The notes below the pieces were generated by a model, which ran no database searches, was not told the DNA's origin, and saw only the letters and a list, made by a program, of their open reading frames with translations. A stretch of 64,000 bases of DNA from Mustelus asterias (lineage: Eukaryota): assembly GCF_964213995.1 (NCBI RefSeq), contig NC_135804.1, positions 20,956,001-21,020,000 of the forward strand. Direction: 5' to 3'. Below are positions 1 through 12,893 of the stretch, piece after piece; position 1 is the first letter of the stretch; every line of letters starts with the position of its first letter. Made by a program: the position numbers and the translations under genes.

Positions 1-183
1 ACCATGCCCGAACGTTGTCAAAGTCTTGCTCAAGGCAGCTATGGGGTACTTCTTACAACATTTTTTCATTATGACCTACACTGCTCATGAAATGAGAAGT
101 GCAAGTTATTTTATACCATAGGATAAACACACGCATAAAATATGCATATATTCATATTACTATACGTGAAAAGTAAACTGTAC

Positions 184-413
184 CTTCTTCAACTTCAAGC
201 TGAATCCACAATGGATCTCCATAGAGAACTGTGCAGTTATTAACGTCCTCCGATTGATTAACATTGCAACACTTGATGATTCCAAAACCACTGATTGGCT
301 GTTGGATGGATACAGTTTCCTGGGCTGTCACATGCCATTCGCTAGTTGTACATTCAATATTGATGGTGAAGAGGCCCGGGGTCATGTATCTGTGTGTCAC
401 ATTGCCAGAAGGC
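184..413 (-). CDS. PKD1L2: PKD1L2 coding exon 6: PKD-like fold, part 2; the gene continues beyond the left edge
   Basis: PSGNVTHRYMTPGLFTINIECTTSEWHVTAQETVSIQ...WIQLEVEE; ECTTSEWHVTAQ is characteristic of PKD1L2. aag| acceptor at phase 2 joins exon 5; donor G|gtacag. Confidence 0.88.
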
Positions 414-520
414 CTTTGGAAAACAGTGAAAGTTATCCAGTTGAATTCAGGAGAATCACATTCTTATCATAAACTCTGTGCTGGTCAAGTCAAGGCAATA
501 CCTTTGTTACATTTCCTTTG

Positions 521-885
521 GGGAATGCGCTGGTGTAGTGGTATTGTCCGTGGTTTCGTAATCCAGAGATCCAGGGTAGTGCTCTGGGGACCCAGGTTTA
601 AATCCCACCACAGCAGATGGTGAATTTTGAATTCAATAGAATTCTGGAATTAAAAGTCTAATGATGACCACAAAACCATTGTTGTAAAAACCCATCTGGT
701 TCATTAACGTCCTTTAGGGAAGCAAAGCTGCCGTCCTTACCCAGTCAGGCCAACGTGTGACTCCAGAGCCACAGCAAAGTGGTTAACTCTTAACTGCCTC
801 TCTGAAATGACCAGGCAAACCTCTCAGTTCAAGGGCTAGGAATGGATGATAAATGCTGGCCCAGCCCTTGAATGAATAAAAAAAA
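521..885 (+). mobile_element. tRNA-derived SINE, family 2
   Basis: Pol III A/B-box-like head (tggtgtagtggt...ggtttaaatccc), body homologous to the copies at 11099, 42660, 53625 and 60125, tail aaatgctggcc...gaatgaataaaaaa. Confidence 0.8.
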
Positions 886-1604
886 TGTGTATTTGGAATA
901 TATTGCTGCCAAAGTAGGATCTTTTATAATATATCCAGGTTTATCACAAAGCTTCATATCTGGTCATTCTATTAGTTTGCAGATTTTTAAATTTGAAAAA
1001 AAAAGAATGTTGCAAAAGAATTTCATTCTAGTCTGAAAGGAGCCGGAGGACCTTTTATGAGATATATTTCAAACTCATCCCAAAGTACAATCTCAGTCAA
1101 TCCAGAAAAAAAAACTTCTGCTTTTAATATTTAATAATGTCACGTTACTGGTATTGTTGACAGTGATTCATTTTTCCATGATTGTATTCTGAAGTGTTTG
1201 CAAACCAGAATAACTGGATGAGTCAACCATTTATTGTTATTTAACATGTCAATAAAATCAGAGAAAATGAAGTCAATCAGATAGGTCAGTGGATGGTACA
1301 CTGATAGCATGGTATAAATAGGGTGCGGTTTTCTGCTTAGGTTACACTTCAGCTACAGAGACCTCCAGCTGAAAATAGAATGAAATTTTCACAGTAACTG
1401 CATTGCAGTGTTCATGTAAGCCTACTTGTGACACTAATAAAACTTAAATAAAATGATATGGGTTGAATCCTCCACCTCTCAATGGCATTTTCAATGTTCT
1501 TTGCCATCAGTGATGCAAATAGCAAGAGTTCTTTGACAAAAGAAGTTAAAGACAAGACAGGACAATGTGGTACATGTGATATGGGTGGACCTTCAAGAGG
1601 CCAT

Positions 1605-2052
1605 AAGATCATGAGATATAGAAGCAAAATTAGGCCTTTTGGCCCGTCGAGTCTGCTCCACCATTCAATCATGGCTGATAAGTTTCTCTACCCCATTCTC
1701 CCGCTTTTTCCCTGTAACCCTTGATCCCTCTACCAATCAAGAACCTATCTATCTCTATAGATAAAGGCAAAATACTGCGGATGCTGGAATCTGAAACAAA
1801 AACAAAAAAATGCAGGAAAATCTCAGTAGGTCTGACAGCATCTGTGGAGAGAGAATAGAGCCAATGTTTTCGAGTCTAGATGACCCTGGATGGACCCTGG
1901 ATGGCTCTATTCTCTCTCCACAGATGCTGTCAGACCTATCTATCTCTGTCTTAAATGCACTCAATGATCTGGCCTCCACAGCCTTCTGTGACAATGAATT
2001 CTACAGATTCACCACCCTCTGGCTGAAGAAATTCCTCCTCATCTCAGTTCTT
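1605..2052 (-). mobile_element. CR1-type LINE 3' end, interrupted by a Penelope-like fragment
   Basis: Colinear with the uninterrupted copy at about 7450-7705 on both sides of the insertion. Confidence 0.8.
1757..1933. mobile_element. Short Penelope-like pLTR fragment with an inverted partial copy
   Basis: 1827-1864 is inverted at 1902-1938. Flanked by duplicated acctatctatctct (1743-1756, 1934-1947). Homologous to the hammerhead-bearing repeats at 21160, 24570 and 25086. Confidence 0.7.
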
Positions 2053-2079
2053 TGGTAATGGTTAATTGTTAACAGTAAT

Positions 2080-3110
2080 GGTTTGACAATGTGCCCCATA
2101 AAAGACTCACAGTGAAGGTCAGGAGCATGTTGGAATCAAATTGGATTGAGAAAGGGTTTCAAAACCACAAAAAAAGGGTGGTAGTTAGGGACTGCCAGCA
2201 AGTGAGGAGTGCAGTCCTACAGGGATCAATGCTGGCACTACTGCTGTTCATCATATTCATGAATTAAATGGACTCAGAATGGAAAGTATGCAGTTGAAAC
2301 CTGAAGGTACTGAATTGGGGTGTGCAGCAAATAATGTGGAGGACTGAACCAAACCACACAAAGATATCAATAAACTGGCTCGCAGTGTGGGTGGATAAAT
2401 GGCAAATAAAATTCAATGCAGTGAAGTGTGAGGTTGTTAGGTGGAGTAAGGAGGCTATTTATTCCTGGGAGGGAAACAATTAAATGCAATACAGAAGTAA
2501 AGAGATCTGGGAATATAGATATATAAATCACTCAAAGTACAGCTCAAGTAGGCCATACGGGTAAGGATTAGAGGGATATGGGCCAAACATGAACAATTTG
2601 GTCTAGCTGGGAGGGCACCATGGTCAGCATGGACCAGTTGGGCTGAAGGGCCTGCTTTCATGCTGTATTTCTCTTTGACTCTCTCTCTTTCTCTCTCTAT
2701 AATAAATGCAAAAAAGAAAAATTATGTAGAATGTTGGTCAGATCACATGCTGTGACACTCCGGTCTCCATTTTACTGAAACATAGAAGCATTAGGGCAAG
2801 TGCAGAAAAGATCTACAAAGATGTTACCAGAATTGAGGGGATAGAACTTAAACATTGAAAATAAGAGCACGGGTCGGCCAAGGAAAATTGAAGAGGCTTG
2901 GTTCTTTTCTTGGGAAAAGAGAAGGTTAAGAAAAGACTTGATGGAGATCTTTAAGATTAGGAAGTGGTTCATAATAGGGACAAGGAGGAATAAATCAGAT
3001 GTCGATTAAAGAGGAATTGCTCTTCACAGAGAGTGGTAAGAATGTGGAAATCGATGTCACGTGGAGTTATTGAAGCAGATGGCATTGATGCATTTACGGA
3101 TGCATACATG
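2080..3110 (+). mobile_element. Decayed CR1 LINE RT/C-terminal remnant
   Basis: Recognisable degenerate CR1 motifs (cagggatcaatgctgg; tggcaaataaaattcaatgcagtgaagtgtgagg; ttcacagagagtggtaagaatgtgg). Confidence 0.65.
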
Positions 3111-3952
3111 AGGGAGGACGTCTTGGGGCACAGTGGGTAGTTGGCTGGATGGCTAGTGTGGATCAGATTGGTGCCAACAGCATAGGGTTTGGTCCCCGTT
3201 CCGGCTGGGCGGAGTTGTGGCCTGCCCCTTTGCCCTATCTGTGGTGGTGATTGCGCTGCTGCGGGTTGGACCTGTCTCGGGTGGAGAATTCAAGAAGATG
3301 TGAGGGGGAGGAGAACAGAAGGAAAGGGCAGAGAGGAAAGAGGCAATTAGAATGAGAGGAGTCTTGTGTGGGCTATAAACTGCAGCATACATCAGTTGGA
3401 CCAAATGGCCTGTTGCTACATTGTAGATTCTATGTCATTCCAGGCTGGCAACTCATTCTTAGGTATGCTTAGTGCTAGTCCTGGTATGCACCCCTACACC
3501 TTACTGAACCAGTGTTGGCGATAATTGGGTGAGGGATATGCTGGACCATGAGGTTACAGGTTGTGCTGCTGACCCACAGCACCTCACAAATGCTATTTGT
3601 TAACTGCTAGATCCATTCTGAATCTTTCCCAGTCAGCCTGGTGATAGACCACACAACACAATGCAGATTTTTCTGATTGTAAAGATGGAACTTTATTTCC
3701 ACAAGGACTGTGTGGTGGCCACTGCTACCAATACTCTCTTGGTCACATACATTGGCCACAGGTAGATTAGTGAGTTTAGGATGAAATTGTTTATCCCCTT
3801 TGTGACTTCTCTGACCACCTGCTGTAGACCTAGCCTAGCAGGTACACACCTCAGGACTCAGCAAGCTTAGATAGTCGTGGCGCTACTGACCTACTCTTTG
3901 TGATGGACAATGTCCTCCACCCAAATTATATTTTGCACCATTGCTCCACGTA

Positions 3953-4945
3953 GGGCCTGATTTTACCATTTTCATTCTAAGTGCTGAATCTGGGCGCAAT
4001 TCAGATCCAACTTGGAAATCTGCTTTCAGGCGCCCCCAATCGCACTTTGCCTGAAAAAAAATCATGGGTCTGAATCATGCTGTGGGCGGGGCGTAGCACG
4101 CCAGAAACGATCGGAGCTTTGAACTGCATGTGCGCAGTTAGAAACAAATTTGAAAAAGCGCGCCCCTGTCAGATCGTTCCCGGGTCACAGAAAGCGGAGA
4201 AAGCGGCCCAGGAGCGAAAAGCGGCAGTGATGGCCCCCACAGACATAACTTATCCACCCACCCCCACCCCACTACCCAGATCGATCGTGACCCCCTGCCC
4301 CTTCCCCCCCGCCGATCGCCCGCAGAGTGGCAGCGGACCCCCCCTGCCCCCCCGCCCCCTCACCAGAGATCCATCTGGCCTCCCCACCGCCCCCCCCCGA
4401 CCAGTGAGTGATCGGGCCTCCTCCCCCCGCCAACCAGAGATATATCTTACCCACCTCCCTCCTCCTCCACAACCAGAGAATGATCTGGCCTCACTCCCCT
4501 CCCTGCTCCCGCCAGAGGTACATCTGACCAGCCTCCTCCTCCCCCCCCAACCAGAGAATGATCTGATCCGCCTCCCCCTCTCCCCCCACCTTCGACCTGA
4601 GTCAGAGAGCCATTGGAAGCTCTGAACCCGCCTCTTCAGTAGCTGGAGCACCCGAAACAGTCTTTTATTCAGCATGTCCATTTTGACGCGATTCCGGATT
4701 GGCGAACGCGGTGGTGAAGGGGGAAATGCTGATAAAGTTGGGCGGGCAGTTCATTAATTCAATTGAAATGCATGCAAATACATTTAAATCGCCGTTGCGC
4801 CTGTTTCGGGCGCAAATCGGATCACAGCCATTCCTGGGCCTCGGTAAAGTGGCCATCTGCGCGGACGTGGGTGCAGATCGCGTTAATGGCCTCACACCCG
4901 ACTTTACCACGTTTTCGCGGCCGATGCAATGGTAAAATCGGGCCC
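3953..4945 (+). mobile_element. Non-autonomous PIF/Harbinger-type element (MITE), copy 1
   Basis: TIRs gggcctgattttaccatt / aatggtaaaatcgggccc; 3-bp flanks gta/ata. Interrupts a decayed LINE fragment. High similarity to 14158-15517. Confidence 0.85.
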
Positions 4946-5140
4946 ATAGTGCTTCTTTCAAGTGCTGTTCATTTTGATTCCCTTGCGTTACTTAAATAAA
5001 ATTAAACAAGCTTGTATCAATAGACATAGAGTTAACTGGCATTTGCTGAAAAAAAGAACATACCGGCATTGATTTCGAGAAATCCTATCAAGAGCAGAAC
5101 ATTTACATCTTGTGCCTCACTCCAGAATTTAGGCAGGAGA

Positions 5141-5545
5141 GATGATGGCACAGTGGGTATCACTACTGTCTCACAGCGCCAGGGAGCCGGGTTCAATTCT
5201 GGCCTCAGGCCACTGTCTGTGTGGAGTTTGCACGTTCTTCTCGGGTCTGCATGGGTTTCCTCTGGGTGCTCCGGTTTCCTCCCACACTCCAACGATGTGC
5301 AGGTTAGGTTGATTGGCAATGTTAAATTGCCCGATAGTGTCAGGGGGTCTAGCAGGGTAAATATCTGGGATTATGGGGATAGTATCTGGGCGGGATTGTG
5401 GTTGGGGCAGGCTCGATGGGCCGAATTGCTTTCTTCAGTACATATGCATGGTTACGGGAATAGGGTCTGGGTGGGATTGTGGTCAGTGCAGGCTCGATGA
5501 ACCAAATGGCCTCCTTCTGCTCTGTCGGGATGCTATGGTTCTAGA
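5141..5545 (+). mobile_element. HE1/V-type shark SINE with a duplicated 3' segment
   Basis: tRNA-like head, V-domain core gggtttcctc.gggtgctccggtttcctccca, CR1-type tail. The segment atggggatag...gcaggctcgatg occurs twice. Confidence 0.85.
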
Positions 5546-5689
5546 TGTTCAAAATTAAGGATAAAATAGATACATGGACAGTTCTAGTTGTTGGAGCTAT
5601 TTTGGAGTAAATCAAAAGATTTACCAAAATCCAGCCTACTAATATATACATCCATTCTTTCTGCCAATCTGATTTTCAGCAATACTCAC

Positions 5690-5837
5690 AGTAGTGGATT
5701 ATAAGGATCAATCGTAAAGCCATCGCCAGTGTTAAGTGTGCAGGTGAGGTTTCCAGTATATGGGTGTAGCAACCACTTTGAAGAAATGGTGACATTTTCT
5801 AAGATTGAGTATACATCATCAACCAGCAAACGGAGAC
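5690..5837 (-). CDS. PKD1L2: PKD1L2 coding exon 5: PKD-like Ig fold, part 1
   Basis: GLRLLVDDVYSILENVTISSKWLLHPYTGNLTCTLNTGDGFTIDPYNPL, close to the PKD1L2 segment NVTIS..WLL.PY.GNL.C...TGDG...DPYNP. tag| acceptor, CT|gtgagt donor, phase 1/2. Confidence 0.9.
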
Positions 5838-6204
5838 CTAAGCAAAATATCACACAAACGTTAAGCCTCATGAATGATTTATCATTCAGAACAACTTTAT
5901 TACAGACTGAGGAGAGGATTGTGTAGCATTTCACTTCCAAACTGCAAAATGTGTGCACAGAAAAATATTGCACGACCTCAGAAATCAGCGTGCTGTTGGT
6001 TCTACAAAATATTAGCTTTGTGGAAATGAGAACAGAATGACATTTTTGATCAACATCTCTGGGTGTTGGTCAAAATTAACATTGTTAAGTTAAATCCTTC
6101 AGGATGCACAGTTGCACACCCATGGTTTTTTTTAAAGCATACTAATAAGCTTAGAATTATTAAATGGGAGAATATAGTACTGAATCACTGCATCCTATAC
6201 CATC

Positions 6205-6660
6205 TTAAAATGGGCAGGATCCCAAGGCTCCTGCTCTGACCAAGGCCGCAAGAAACTACAAAGGGTTGTAAACGTAACCCAAGCCTCCAATCCATTGACT
6301 CCATCTACACTTCCCACTGCCTCAGAAAAGCAGCCAGCATAATCAAGGAACCCACGCACTCTGGACATACTCTCTTCCACCTTCTTCCATTGGGAAAAAG
6401 ATACAAAAGTCTGAGGTCACGTACCAACTGACTCAAGAGCAGTTTCATCCCTGCTGCCATCAGACTTTTAAATGGACCCACCATATATTAAGTTGATCTT
6501 TCTCTATACCCTAGCTCTGACTGTAATACTACATTCTGCACTCTCTCCTTTCCTTCTCCCCTATGTACTCTATGAATGGTATTCTCTGTCTGTGTAGTGT
6601 GCAAGAAACAATACTTTTCACTGTATACCAATACATGTGACAATAATAAATCAAATCAAA
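6205..6660 (+). mobile_element. Rex/Babar-type LINE 3' end
   Basis: Shares its 3' UTR and caataataaatcaaatcaaa tail with the RT-bearing copy at 49275-49920. Confidence 0.7.
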
Positions 6661-7449
6661 TTCCTGATAACATAAAGTTCAAGAACCCAAAGAGGCATCA
6701 ATCAATAATGTCATTATCATTCACTGGGACCACAGGGTTCACTGGGACCACAGGGAAGCAAGAACAGGGAGTGATGGAAAACAAAATCCTAAAATAGTTG
6801 AAGGCCACATGCAGCAGTTCACAAGCCACACCTTACAGGGATGAAGGGCACATTCAGGGCATTGCAGTTCACCAGTAAGCAGACTGTAAATTTAGGCGTT
6901 GAACTTCACAATGGAGTCAGTGCTTCTTTGTGCTTTTCAAGTGCTGGGAGATCACATTGAACATTGCAGGCAGATCCAACAAACTGTAGGAGTGGCAGAG
7001 CCAATAGCTAGTTCACCTCAATCCAGCTGAGGGCAGTCTCGAGGATCTTCTACCGATGTTTAGCACACAACTAACTTACTCATTTCAGTAACTGGAATAG
7101 TAGGTAAAAGATGGATCAAACTAAGTTCAAGGATGCACCAAGGACACAGCAATAAAGCCACACACACACAAAACATTTACATATAGTAATTAACTCCAGG
7201 AAAGACTATTCTCACTATTGTTTTGGGTAATGATTATCTGGAGAAATAAAAATAGAGTGCAGTGTTTGTCACTGTTGGGTCTGCGGAGTTGACCACTGTA
7301 AGGAGAGATGACTATTCATACAATGCAGACTATGAAATTGATGGTTTCTTCTTTGAGAACCTGACTAACATCCTTGACATTATTTACAGTTTCTTGCATG
7401 GTCATTTTGTCCATGTTCTCCCACTGAAGGGGGTACTTTCCTGATTACT

Positions 7450-8005
7450 ATAAGATCATAAGATATAGGTCTTCGAATTAGGCTTGGCCCATCTTGTCTG
7501 CTACACCATTCAATCGTAGCTGATAAGTTTCTCAACCCCATTCTCCCCCTTTTCTCCATAACCTTTGATCCCTTTACCAATCAAGAACCTATCTATGTCT
7601 ATCTTAAATGCACTCAATGACTTGACCTCCACAGACTTCTGTGGCAATTAATTCCATAGATTCACCACTCTCTGGCTGAAGAAATTCCTCCTCATCTCAG
7701 TTCTAAATGGCTGTCCCTTCACTCTGAGGCTGTGCCCTTTGGTCTTAGTCTCTACTACTAATGGAAACATCTTCTCCACGTCCACTCTATCCAGGCTTTT
7801 GAGTGTTCTGTAAGTCTCAATGAGATCCCTCCTCATCCTTCTAAACTCCATCGAGTACAGACCCAGAGTCCTCACACATTCCTCACACCTCAAGCTTTTC
7901 ATTCCCAGAATCATTCTTGTGAATCTCCTCTGGACCCTCTCCAAGACCAGCACTTCCTTCCTGAGATACGGGGCCGTAAATTGCTCACAAATATTCCAAA
8001 TGTTG
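7450..8005 (-). mobile_element. CR1 LINE 3' fragment
   Basis: ORF 7648-7953 LERVQRRFTRMI...RRDLIETY...RRNFFSQRVVNLWN is the CR1 ORF2 C-terminus. Confidence 0.85.
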
Positions 8006-8169
8006 TCTCAGTGGGTTTTGATCTGCCAGCAATGTCCAAATTTCTCTATTAAATCCGAACAAGAATTTCATGCAAACAACTAAATAGACTAGCTTTAAAC
8101 AATGTGAGTTAATGCTATTAATAGTTTGGAGAATGTTGGCATTATACATTTTGCCATTGCATGTCTCAC

Positions 8170-8280
8170 CTTCTTTGCAGTGATAGTCTATGACAAGGTA
8201 ATTGCCCAATCTTGGACAAAGATCTCCAAAAATTGTTTTATCAGCTGTAGCTTGGCAAGCCTGTAGCCCATGGCACTGAC
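8170..8280 (-). CDS. PKD1L2: PKD1L2 coding exon 4: SUEL lectin domain, part 2
   Basis: [37 protein letters not shown], matching the SUEL FGDxCP...YL.V.Y.C pattern. aag| acceptor, G|gtgaga donor, 111 nt. Confidence 0.9.
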
Positions 8281-8380
8281 CTTAAAGATAAAATTCTGCA
8301 TTATATTTTCATCTTAAATAAATGTGGAATTCTCCAGTTCGCCAATATGGACATTCGAGCAATCAACCCATGTGGTTGTA

Positions 8381-8704
8381 GAATCATAGAATCCCTACAG
8401 TGCAGAAAGAGGCCATTTGACCCATCAAACCTGCACTGATAACAATCCCACTGAGGCCCTATCCCTGTAACCCCACGTATTTATCCTGCTAGTCCCCCTG
8501 ACTAAGGGGCAATTTAGCACGGCCAATCAACCTAACCCGCACATATTTGGGCTGTGGGAGGAAACTGGAGCACCCAGAGGAAACCCACACAGACATGGGG
8601 GGAACGTGCATACTCCACACAGGCAGTGACTCAAGGCTGGAATTGAACTGAGGTCCCTGGCGCTGTGAGGCAGCAGTGCTAAGCACTGTGCCACCGTGCC
8701 GCCC
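8381..8704 (-). mobile_element. HE1/V-type SINE, full length
   Basis: Reverse complement runs from gggcggcacggtggcacagtg to gattctatgattc. Confidence 0.9.
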
Positions 8705-9166
8705 CTATTTTTATGTTATATCAAGTATTTGATATTTTGAGGTGGAAGATCACTAATTATCTTTGCTCCACACACAATAATATACCAGATTTAACCATGA
8801 ATTTCCTGAAGCTGTAAACAAAAGAATAAATTAATCCATGTCTCTCTTGTGCACCACTTAGTGACGGGTACAAGAGTGGCACTGACACAGACCTCAGGGC
8901 TGGTCACTTGACTGTGGTCTCAAATGGGGAATAGCTTTTCAAATAGAAGATCAGGAAGAATAAAGGCAAAATCACTTGAGAATGTGAAATATGAAAGGAG
9001 TTACATTCCAGGGATTTCAGAACAGGCAAGTACAAACATTCAAAGTTTCCAAATATAATCCTCAACAAACAGAAATGGCAGGGAATAGAAATGTCAGAAT
9101 AGGAAATTCTGAGCAGTTCCACACCTGGTAATTAATCTCTGGAGAGTTATCACAAAAAAATATTAC

Positions 9167-9349
9167 CTGCCACTTTCTCTCTCACATCAATCCAGCTGCA
9201 TTCTTGTGACTCAGTTGGAGCTACATTCTCCAAGGAACAGTAGGAGGGAGATTTACGACCGTAAAAACTGCCATTGATTTCAATCACTTTCCCAGACTGA
9301 CACTGGAGTGTGGCATTAAAGTGATCACAGGCAAACGCTTGCTCGGACT
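9167..9349 (-). CDS. PKD1L2: PKD1L2 coding exon 3: SUEL (galactose/rhamnose-binding) lectin domain, part 1
   Basis: Hand translation, not in the ORF track: ESEQAFACDHFNATLQCQSGKVIEINGSFYGRKSPSYC...ECSWIDVREKVA with the SUEL YGR motif. tag| acceptor, G|gtaata donor, 183 nt, phase 1/1. Confidence 0.9.
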
Positions 9350-10329
9350 CTAATACAAAGATAATACAACACAGGATAAATAAGATTGTTGTATCCCTTC
9401 AAAAACCGAAATGTTGTGTTATTAGTTGTCAGCTCCTACCAGCCTGTCATGCTGCCTTCCCACCTATCTCGCCAGATGGCACAAGAAGTAAAATCTTGAA
9501 CATAACAAAAATTATAATTCTGAAGTTTACCCACCCCGTCTTCCAATGCCTCTAATAACTGGCTTAACGGAGCTCATTTGACAAGGAGCTTCCAATTCCA
9601 GCCCATCCCCACCCCTCCGAGTGTCTAGACACCCAAGTTTTCTGCAGCTCTCTCTCATCTTTTCAATATACTGAATTGCTATTGAATTCTAAGAGATACT
9701 CGCTGGATAATCATACTCTCTCTTTGATTGTTCACCTACGCTTTCCAAACTCAGGACAAGTCCTCCCTTGAGGAATCTGTCATTCATGCACAGACACCTC
9801 ATCTTCATGCACCAGGTGTGGGCAGAGATCGCTGGTTCCTACACAGATTCCTTTACCAAAATGGTGGATGGTGAACAACCAGCTCAGAATGTGTGCACAC
9901 AGATTGGAGGCTGAGGTGCCCATTTTATGCCTGATAAACTGTGTGGCATCAACAAATTTCTAGTCCTATGGACCTTAAGTAAAAGTGAAAAACTGCGAGT
10001 CCAACAGTAAGAGGAGACAGAAATGAAGAGGTTCTGGAAGACATCCAGAAGACATGGGAGACCAAAGAGATATAAGTAGAAATGTGGAAAGTGAGAAAAA
10101 TGCACCATACGAACTGAAAAACAAATACCACAAGAAAACTCAGCATGCGGAGAAATGTTAGAAAATTAACGGACAGATGGAGAGAAATAAACTAAGATGC
10201 AGCTACAGAGGGAGATTATTTTGTCTGAATGAAGCACTGTTGCAGTAAACCAGTAATATTATACCACACTAGATTATAATTCCAGGATCTATATCATCAC
10301 TGAAGAATTGGGAAATATATCTTGCTTAC

Positions 10330-10494
10330 CAAACTCGCAAATGAAGTAAAATTCTTGTTCGCAGTTGTTTGCGCTCATCCAGTGGTACCCAGAGTTCTGG
10401 AGAATGTGAGAACAAGTCACTGATGGAGAAGACAGATGTTTAGGGGACCAGTTATCGTATGTGATATTGGTACCATCCAACCAGGCCAGGGCTG
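10330..10494 (-). CDS. PKD1L2: PKD1L2 coding exon 2: C-terminal half of the C-type lectin domain
   Basis: AALAWLDGTNITYDNW...TCSHILQNSGYHWMSANNCEQEFYFICEF. Tandem cag/cag acceptor (start 10494 or 10491), donor G|gtaagc, phase 1/1. Confidence 0.9.
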
Positions 10495-11098
10495 CTGTGC
10501 AGGAGACATTTATAGACACAATTAGCACAAGTTTAAAGTGTAAATCGAACTTTTAGATTTGTACAGATGTCAAAATATTATGATACGCTTGAGAATTTAC
10601 TGCAAATTTGCTAGTATTGATCCACAGGTAGAAGTGATATAATAGACCGAGTAATGAATTATAATTTTTCATTTACTCTCATGTTCCTGTCCCTTTCTTC
10701 ACTGTTCCACTTAATGAAAGTGTTTCACATTTTTTTATGAACAAACAGTTAACCAAGGACTTCTGGCTTTAATTTCCATGTCCAGTGAGAGAAAGCTAAA
10801 GCTTAGGGCTTGTAATTGGGCAGCACAATGGTAAAGGCTGAAGGGAAAGGGACCCATCAGAGGAAAAATGTCCCTGCCAGCATTGCATTAGCAAACATTC
10901 AGCATTAGTAGGAGCAGAAAGGGAAGCAGAGAAAGCACTCACACACTTAGCACTGCAACATAATGGGAAAGAATCCCACCATGCTCTTACGTAGCTATGG
11001 AGCTGTTTCTCCATGAAATAAGAGCTGAGATCTCCTTTCTGGCACAGTATGTAACCTCCTCAAAGCAACAATTCAAGCAAAATGACAGAAAGGATTAA

Positions 11099-11757
11099 GG
11101 CAGTGGCGTAGTGGTATTATCATTGGACTAGTAACCCAGAGACCCAGGGTAATGCTTTTCTTTATTTATTAGTGTCACAAGTAGGTTTATATTAACACGG
11201 CAATGAAGTTATTGTGAAAATTCCCTAGTTGCCACACTCCAGCACTTGTTTGGGTACACTGAGGGAGAATTTAGCATGGCCAATGCACCTAACCAGCACG
11301 TCTTTCAGACTGTGGGAGGAAACTGGAGCATCTGGAGGAAACCCATGCAAACACAGGGAGAACGTGCAGACTCTGCACAGACAGTGACCCAAGTCGGGAA
11401 TCGAACTCGGGTCCCTGGCCCGGTGAGGCAGCCCTGCTAGCCATCCTCTGGGGATCTGGGTTCGAATCCCACCATGGCAGATGGTGAAATTTGAGTTCAA
11501 TAAAAATCTGCAATTAGAAGTCTAATGATGATAGTGAAACAACTGTCGATTGTCGGAAAAACCCATCTGGTTCACGAATGCCCTTTAGGGAAGAAATCTG
11601 CCGTCCTTACCCGGTCTGGTCCACATGTGAGCGAGATCCACAGCAATGTGGTTGACTCTTACATGCCTCTGAAATTCAGTTCAAGGGCAATTAGCGATGG
11701 ACAATTAATGCTGGCCAAGCCAGCGACCACCACATCCCATGAATGAATAAAAAATAA
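11099..11757 (+). mobile_element. Family-2 SINE interrupted by an antisense HE1-head SINE (about 11160-11440) carrying the alternative tail
   Basis: The family-2 head stops at gtaatgct and resumes at ctctggggatctgggttcgaatccc; the intervening sequence is a minus-strand V-SINE. Confidence 0.8.
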
Positions 11758-12517
11758 TTCAGCCTTGTAGCAGACCAGGAAGACATTTGACAGCTGATGG
11801 GTCTTTTTGTTGACTTCAATATGATTTTTACACAACTTCCAAAAGTCAAAATTGCCTTCACTGTCTGCTGAGGGCTTTGAAATTGATTAATGGGAGATTG
11901 TCCACCAACTAACATTGGTGAAAATCCTTTTTTCAAAATTTTGATATATTGGCAAATAAGTTAATTGATGTTCAGAAATCATGAAAATGAATCCTGCAGC
12001 AGTGTGACTATTTTCCAAAAGACTATGCAAATAATTCAGCTGTGAATGGGTTAACCAGTCTGTGGCTCTGTTGCTGGAAGGTCTATCACAAAGATCCTGC
12101 CAAAATATTCAAACTGTAGTCTATTTATGCAGTGATTATTTGACTCAGCGACTCCCACAGACAAATATTGCGTAAATCGTAGTGGAAGGCAATGTAGGTA
12201 AAAGTTCTGCTTATTCATTCCTGGCTCACCCAGGAAGCACATGTTGGGGGGATGTGCAGGGAAGGGGTGGGGAGGGCAAAAGTGGACAGTAAGTGCAGGG
12301 ACTGCGATGCACAACTAACCCATGTCCAATCCTTCCAGTGCAGTTAGTGCACAAGCTTTCTGTTCATTACCATGATCAAAGTGTGTAGGTAGCACTAACT
12401 ATGCTGTGTGCCTCAGCGTGGGTTCTGTGTCTGTGTGAGACTCGCACCAATTAAAGTTAGCCTGCACTAAATTAAAGCCAACTTGCACTTAAAGGGAAGG
12501 TTCATTAAAGTTATCAC

Positions 12518-12830
12518 AGAATAATAGAATTCCTACAGTGCAGAAGGAGGCCATTTGGCTCATCGAGCCTGCACTGACAACAATCCCACCCATCTCCCAG
12601 CCCCTACACCCGTAACCCCACATATTTACCTTGCTAATCCCCCTAACCCACACATCTTGGGACACTAAGGGGCAATTTAGCATGGCAGGAAACCGGAGCA
12701 CCCGGAGGAAACCCACGCAGACACGGAGAGAATGTGCAAACTCCACACAGATAGTCACCTGAGGCCGGAATTGAACCCGGGTCTCTGGTGCTGTGAGCAG
12801 CTGTGCTAACCGCTGTGCCACCATGCCTCC
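12518..12830 (-). mobile_element. HE1/V-type SINE with internal deletion
   Basis: Same head, core and tail as the other copies. Confidence 0.85.
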
Positions 12831-12893
12831 TCAGTTACAGCAGGTACTGGAAGTAACTGGGGAAGATTATCTGAGCAGAAAGCACTCTGAATG

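Noticed and set aside
4077-4999. Pro-rich and Gly-rich ORFs in the MITEs (also 14231-15496)
   Set aside because: Products of stop-poor C/G tracts; frames are not conserved between copies and there is no domain signal.
6721-6755. 18-bp tandem duplication (cactgggaccacaggg twice); also poly-C at 18091-18108 and a G-run at 60703-60738
   Set aside because: Ordinary slippage or low-complexity sequence with no further structure.
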